Origin: Nannocystis bainbridge
Lineage (GTDB): Bacteria; Myxococcota_A; Polyangia; Nannocystales; Nannocystaceae
Direction of reading: 5' to 3'
NCBI RefSeq assembly: GCF_028368995.1
Contig: NZ_JAQNDL010000003.1
Span: 832,001 to 896,000 of the forward strand
Length of the DNA: 64,000 nucleotides
Below the pieces are notes generated by a model. The model was not told the origin of the DNA and ran no database searches. It was given only the letters and a program-made list of their open reading frames with translations. Every line of letters begins with the position of its first letter. The first letter of the stretch is position 1. Position numbers and translations under genes: made by a program. Below are positions 59,603 to 64,000 of the stretch, one piece after another.

Positions 59603-59656
59603 CGGACTCGGCCGCCGCGACCCTCGCGGCGGCCGAGTCCGGCGGTCCCCCTTTTT
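59603..59656 (+). terminator. perfect 18-bp hairpin with downstream T tract
   Basis: cggactcggccgccgcga-ccc-tcgcggcggccgagtccg followed by ccccctttttg. Confidence 0.6.
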
Positions 59657-59682
59657 GTCCGAACATTCGAAGGAGAACGGCA

Positions 59683-61053
59683 TTGAAGACATCACGCTGC
59701 TTTACGCTCATCGCGGCTCTCGGGCTGGCGGGATCGCTGGCGACCGAGGCCAGCGCGGCCGAGCCCCGCAAGGCCAAGGAAGAGTCGCGCATGCGGCGGT
59801 TTCGCCCCGAGCGCAACACCGGTGAGATCGGCATCTTCCTCGGTACGGCGGTATTCGCCAAGTACCACGATTTCTACGACCCCGCGACCGCGCCGCAGGA
59901 GCGGATCCGTCGGCCGTCCTTCGAGGGCGGCGTGCGGGCGGCTTACTTCCCGCTGAGCTTCCTCGGGCTCGAGCTCGAGTTCGGAGCACTGCCGGTCCGC
60001 TATGACCCGGGGGGAGACGCGTTCATGTACGCCTTCCGCGGCCACGGCATCCTCCAGCTGCCGTTCTTCCGCATCGTGCCGTTCATCCTCGGCGGTTACG
60101 GGCTCATGGGCATCCGCTCGCCGCAGTCGGTCGCCGGCAAGGACATCGACCCCGTCGGCCACTACGGCGTCGGCGTCAAGTTCCACGTCACGCGAATGTT
60201 CACCCTCCGCCTCGACGCGCGCCATTTGGTCGCCGCCCAGGCCGCGCAGCAGACCGACGGCACCAGCCACCTCGAGGTCCTCGCCGGCGCCTCGCTGACT
60301 CTCGGGCGCAAGAAGCAGCAGCCGGCCAAGGTCGACACCGACCGCGACCGCGACGGCGTCGTCAACGACAAGGACCGCTGCCCCGACGAGGCCGGCGACA
60401 TGCCTGACGGCTGTCCCGACCGCGACTCCGACGGCGACAGCTTCTTCGACTCCAAGGACCGCTGCCCCGACGTCCCCGGCGTCGCGCCCGATGGCTGTCC
60501 GCCCGCCGACCGCGACCGCGACAGCTTCCTCGACGACGACGACAAGTGTCCCGAGGAGCCCGGCGTCGCCCCCGATGGTTGCCCGATCCGCGACAGCGAC
60601 GGCGACCGCATCCTCGACCCCGACGACAAGTGCCCCAACGAGCCGGAGAACCGCAACGGCTACGAGGACACCGACGGCTGCCCCGACGAGATGCCGGCCG
60701 CGATCACCAAGTTCACCGGCGTCATCAAGGGCATCTTCTTCGACCTCGGCAAGGCCACCATCAAGCCGACCTCGAAGAAGACGATGGACGGGACCGTGCA
60801 GGTGCTCAAGGACTTCCCCAGCATCCGCGTCGAGATCGTCGGTCACACCGACAACACCGGCTCGCGCGACGTGAACCTCGACCTGTCGCGCCAGCGCGCC
60901 GAGTCCGTGCGCGAGTACCTGGTCGCCCAGGGCATCGCCGCCGACCGCATTCAGACCCGCGGCGCCGGCCCCGACGAGCCGATCGCCGACAACAAGACGG
61001 CCAAGGGCCGCGCCGTCAACCGCCGCATCGAGTACAAGGTCATCACCGAGTAA
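59683..61053 (+). CDS. OmpA-family protein (beta-barrel, TSP3-like Asp/Cys repeats, OmpA_C)
   Basis: AAGGAG then TTG start; DRDRDGV..DRCPD repeats; GHTDNTG, LSRQRAESV, NRRIE. Confidence 0.92.
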   Translation: MKTSRCFTLIAALGLAGSLATEASAAEPRKAKEESRMRRFRPERNTGEIGIFLGTAVFAKYHDFYDPATAPQERIRRPSFEGGVRAAYFPLSFLGLELEFGALPVRYDPGGDAFMYAFRGHGILQLPFFRIVPFILGGYGLMGIRSPQSVAGKDIDPVGHYGVGVKFHVTRMFTLRLDARHLVAAQAAQQTDGTSHLEVLAGASLTLGRKKQQPAKVDTDRDRDGVVNDKDRCPDEAGDMPDGCPDRDSDGDSFFDSKDRCPDVPGVAPDGCPPADRDRDSFLDDDDKCPEEPGVAPDGCPIRDSDGDRILDPDDKCPNEPENRNGYEDTDGCPDEMPAAITKFTGVIKGIFFDLGKATIKPTSKKTMDGTVQVLKDFPSIRVEIVGHTDNTGSRDVNLDLSRQRAESVREYLVAQGIAADRIQTRGAGPDEPIADNKTAKGRAVNRRIEYKVITE

Positions 61054-61071
61054 TCACTCGCGGCACCACGA

Positions 61072-61118
61072 CGCCGCGCGGACGACCTTCGGGTCCGCCG
61101 CGCGGCGATCTTGTTTTG
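61072..61118 (+). terminator. probable intrinsic terminator
   Basis: cgccgcgcgg..acc-ttcg-ggt..ccgcgcggcg then tcttgtttt. Confidence 0.5.
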
Positions 61119-61225
61119 CGTTCACAAGTTGGCCTCGGACGCCCGAATCGCCCCGCCCGGCAGCGCCCCCGGTCGATGCGAGCGCGAGCCGCCCGCACAG
61201 CCCCGAGCTCATCCGGCCAGGGCGA

Positions 61226-61305
61226 TCCCATGTCCCTCAGGGCATGTCCATGAAAACATGCCCCGGTCGCCATGCCCGTACGGACATGCCCGATCGGACA
61301 TGTCC
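61226..61305. repeat. GGACATGTCC-type palindrome array, 14-bp period (6 units)
   Basis: CATG at 61229, 61243, 61257, 61271, 61285, 61299. Confidence 0.9.
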
Positions 61306-61315
61306 GTGGCAAGGA

Positions 61316-62563
61316 TCACTTCGCCTGGTCTTCGAGCCAGGTCTTCGCCACCGTCAGGGCCGAGTCGGCCTCGCTCGGCACCGCGTCCAGCGGGTCGAGC
61401 GGCGCGTCGGCGGCGACCGCCACCGGCAGGTGCGGCTTGACCCCGCGGCCGGCCAGCGGCTCCCCGCCGGCGCCGACGAAGCGGCCCGTGCTGAGCTTGA
61501 TCGCCCAGCCGTTGCCGAGCTCGTGGATGCTCTCGACCGTGCCCTTGCCGAACGTCGGCGCCCCGATCAGCGTCGCCCGCTTGTGGGTCGCCAGCGCGTC
61601 GGCCAGGATCTCCGCCCCCGAGGCCGTCTCGGGCCCGATCAGCACTGCCAGCGGCAGCGCGTGCCAGCGGCCGTCGCCCTTCGCCACGGCCGCCTTGACC
61701 GGCTCGTCGCGCATCGTCGTCGTCACGATCGCCTGGCCGTCGCGCAGCAGCGAGCCCGAGATGGCGATCGCCGCGTCGAGCAGCCCGCCCGGGCACGCCC
61801 GCAGGTCGAGCACCAGCGCCTCGGCGCCCTCCTTCTGCAGCGCCTCCAGGGCCGCGTCGAACTCGGCCGGCGTCGTCTCGGCGAACCCGCGCAGCCGCAG
61901 ATAGCCGAGCTTGTCGCCGAGCGGCTTCGCCTCGACGTTCTGGATCGCCACCGTCTGCCGCACCAGCTTCTCGTGCCACTCCTCGGTGTCGCGCTGGACG
62001 AACAGGTCGATGCTGGTGCCGGCCGCGCCGCGGATCTTGTCGACGATCTCGACCATCGGCTTGCCCTGCACGCGGACCCCGTCGATCTCGAGGATCCGGT
62101 CGCCGCGCTGCAGCCCCGCCGCGCCCGCCGGCCCGCCGGCGATCACCTCGCGGATCACCAGGATCCCCGCCACTTGCTCGATCATCACCCCGACGCCGAC
62201 GATCGTGCCACCGGTGTCGTGCAGCAGCTCGGCCAGCTCGCGCGGCGCCAGCAGCTCGTTGATCGGGTGCGCCGCCGGCTGCCCGAGCCGCGCCAGCATG
62301 CCCTCGACCGCGCCGGTGTAGAGCGCCCCCGGGTCGACCGCCGCGTCGACGTAGTGCTCGGCGATCAGCTTGCGCGCGGCGGCGAACGCCTTCTCCGCGT
62401 CGGGCATCGCCTCGGCGTGCGATCGGGTCGGCGCCTTGGCGGGCGCCGGCGCCTCGGCCAGCACCGGCGCCGCGACGTCGGTCGCCTCGGGCGCGGCGGC
62501 GTCCTCGGGCGCCGGGTCACAGGCGAACAGGGCCAGGGTCAACAGCGAGAGCGGTCTGCGCAT
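61316..62563 (-). CDS. S41 (CtpA-like) carboxy-terminal protease lipoprotein with PDZ domain
   Basis: LFAC lipobox; GVGV..GPA..AGL..GD (PDZ); GYLRL, LDLR..PGG, TASGAEI, TFGKGTV. Confidence 0.92.
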   Translation of the reverse strand: MRRPLSLLTLALFACDPAPEDAAAPEATDVAAPVLAEAPAPAKAPTRSHAEAMPDAEKAFAAARKLIAEHYVDAAVDPGALYTGAVEGMLARLGQPAAHPINELLAPRELAELLHDTGGTIVGVGVMIEQVAGILVIREVIAGGPAGAAGLQRGDRILEIDGVRVQGKPMVEIVDKIRGAAGTSIDLFVQRDTEEWHEKLVRQTVAIQNVEAKPLGDKLGYLRLRGFAETTPAEFDAALEALQKEGAEALVLDLRACPGGLLDAAIAISGSLLRDGQAIVTTTMRDEPVKAAVAKGDGRWHALPLAVLIGPETASGAEILADALATHKRATLIGAPTFGKGTVESIHELGNGWAIKLSTGRFVGAGGEPLAGRGVKPHLPVAVAADAPLDPLDAVPSEADSALTVAKTWLEDQAK

Positions 62564-62617
62564 TTTACATGTCTCCAGAGTCAGGTGTGAACATCGAGCT
62601 CGAGAACGAGAGAATCA

Positions 62618-63043
62618 TCAGAGCACCGGCCGCTGGATGCGCGGCGGGGCGGCCGCGTCGTAGCCGCGGACCCGGGGCGACGTCACCGCGCCCGCGGCCT
62701 CCTCACCGGCCGAAGTCCGCGCCAGCCACAGCGCCGCCGGGATCGCCAGCGCCGCCACCACCGCGTAGGCCGGCACCGGGCGGCGCACCAGCGCCAGCCC
62801 GCGCCGCCACCAGCTCGGACGGAACGCGCGCTCGACCTCGGCCCGCAAGCGCTGGCGCACCGCCGGCGGCGGCGCCTCGTGGGCGGCCTGCAGCGCCCCG
62901 TCGAGGTCGGCGCGCAGCCGGCAATAGGCCACCGCACAACCTGCACATTCGGCCAGGTGACGCGTCACCGCGCGGCGCGGCTCGGCGGCCAACTCGTCGT
63001 AGGCGTGATCGATCAGCGAAGCCTCGCACTCTTCACAATTCAT
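62618..63043 (-). CDS. zf-HC2 anti-sigma factor
   Basis: C....HLAECAGC motif; single TM. Confidence 0.85.
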   Translation of the reverse strand: MNCEECEASLIDHAYDELAAEPRRAVTRHLAECAGCAVAYCRLRADLDGALQAAHEAPPPAVRQRLRAEVERAFRPSWWRRGLALVRRPVPAYAVVAALAIPAALWLARTSAGEEAAGAVTSPRVRGYDAAAPPRIQRPVL

Positions 63044-63139
63044 CGCCGGAGCCTCCCTCCGTCCGCAGGCCGGACCTCGCGGTCTTCACGTCGCATCGCC
63101 CTCGCGTCGCGGGTCGCAGGCCGCGGGGCCTCGCAAGCT

Positions 63140-63694
63140 TCACAGTGCATCGCCGGAGCCTCCCTCGGTCAGCAGGCGGCGGAACGCCTGGGTGGCCGCG
63201 TGCAGTCGCGATTTGATGGTGCCCTCGGCGACGCCCATGAGGCCGGCGATCTCGCGATAGCTCAGCTCGCCGAGCTGCTTGAGCAGGATGAGCTGGCGCT
63301 GCGCCTCGGGCAGCGCGGCCATGGCCGCCTGCACCCGCGCGGCCTCGCCGAGGCGGGCGTCGGGCAGCGCTTGCGCCCCCGGCCGCAGCTGCGCCTCGGC
63401 CCGCTCGCGCAGCGACGCCTGGCTGCGTTCGCTGCGCTGGGCCATCAGGCACGCGTTGCGGGCCACCGCGAACAGCCACGGCGCGAACCGCCCGCGCGCC
63501 GGGTCATAGCTGCGATCGCGGAGCACCTTCAAAAAGACGTCCTGGAACAGGTCGTCGGCGACCGCGGACTCGCCGACGATCCGGCGGATGTAGCCGTAGA
63601 GGCGCCGCTCGTAGCGCGCGTAGAGCCGGTCGAAGGCCGCCAGCTCCCCGCCGCGCAGCGCGACCACGAGCTCCTCGTCGGCGACCTCGGGCAT
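63140..63694 (-). CDS. ECF RNA polymerase sigma factor
   Basis: AFDRLYARY, ADDLFQDVF, WLFAVARN, LSYREIA..GTIKSRL. Confidence 0.93.
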   Translation of the reverse strand: MPEVADEELVVALRGGELAAFDRLYARYERRLYGYIRRIVGESAVADDLFQDVFLKVLRDRSYDPARGRFAPWLFAVARNACLMAQRSERSQASLRERAEAQLRPGAQALPDARLGEAARVQAAMAALPEAQRQLILLKQLGELSYREIAGLMGVAEGTIKSRLHAATQAFRRLLTEGGSGDAL

Positions 63695-63828
63695 CCTCGT
63701 CGCCTGGTATGCCCGAGCCGGTGGTTTCGTTCGCCGGTTCGCGCCGGCACCCGCCGCGGGCAGGTGCGCGATCGCACGGGTCGCGCGCCCGCGCCCCCGC
63801 CGCGGCGGTCCTGTTACTGTCTCCCGCG

Positions 63829-64000
63829 ATGCCCGTGCCCGCGCTCGCCCGCCTGCTCGTCCGCCCCTCGCCCGTCCTGGCGCTCCTGCTGGCCTGCGGC
63901 AGCGACGGCGGCGCCACGACCACCGAGTCCGCGAGCACCACCGATTCCGGTTCGAGCACCACGCACGACGCGACCACGACCTCGCCGACGACCTCGACGA
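63829..64000 (+). CDS. lipoprotein, 5' part only (runs off the window)
   Basis: MPVPALARLLVRPSPVLALLLACGSDGGATTTES. Confidence 0.65.
   Translation, partial: MPVPALARLLVRPSPVLALLLACGSDGGATTTESASTTDSGSSTTHDATTTSPTTST

Overview
High-GC window that looks myxobacterial (Nannocystis/Polyangiaceae-like). This is inferred from many Cys-lipobox lipoproteins, Ser/Thr kinases, ECF sigma/anti-sigma pairs and ADYC, AgmX/PglI-type and OmpA-TSP3 domains. Recognisable genes: ligA, nrfH-nrfA (NrfA with CXXCH at heme 1), an mbnP-mbnH pair, two universal stress proteins, an S41 protease and a PAS hybrid kinase. Also present: a cobalamin riboswitch ahead of two lipoproteins, an intact ISL3 with target duplication, and IS3 and integrase remnants. 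Best leads: (1) a ~1,536-aa HIT + PLD nuclease + SF2 helicase + LexA/S24-peptidase fusion that may be a self-cleaving restriction-like defence protein; (2) a SIR2-fold protein lacking the usual catalytic Asn/His, paired with a membrane-spanning STAND NTPase-TPR receptor; (3) a dispersed family of GGACATGTCC palindromes at exactly 14-bp spacing, mostly at gene 3' ends and once inside a coding linker; (4) B12-regulated surface lipoproteins with no TonB receptor nearby. All domain calls come from motif recognition by eye; no searches were run.
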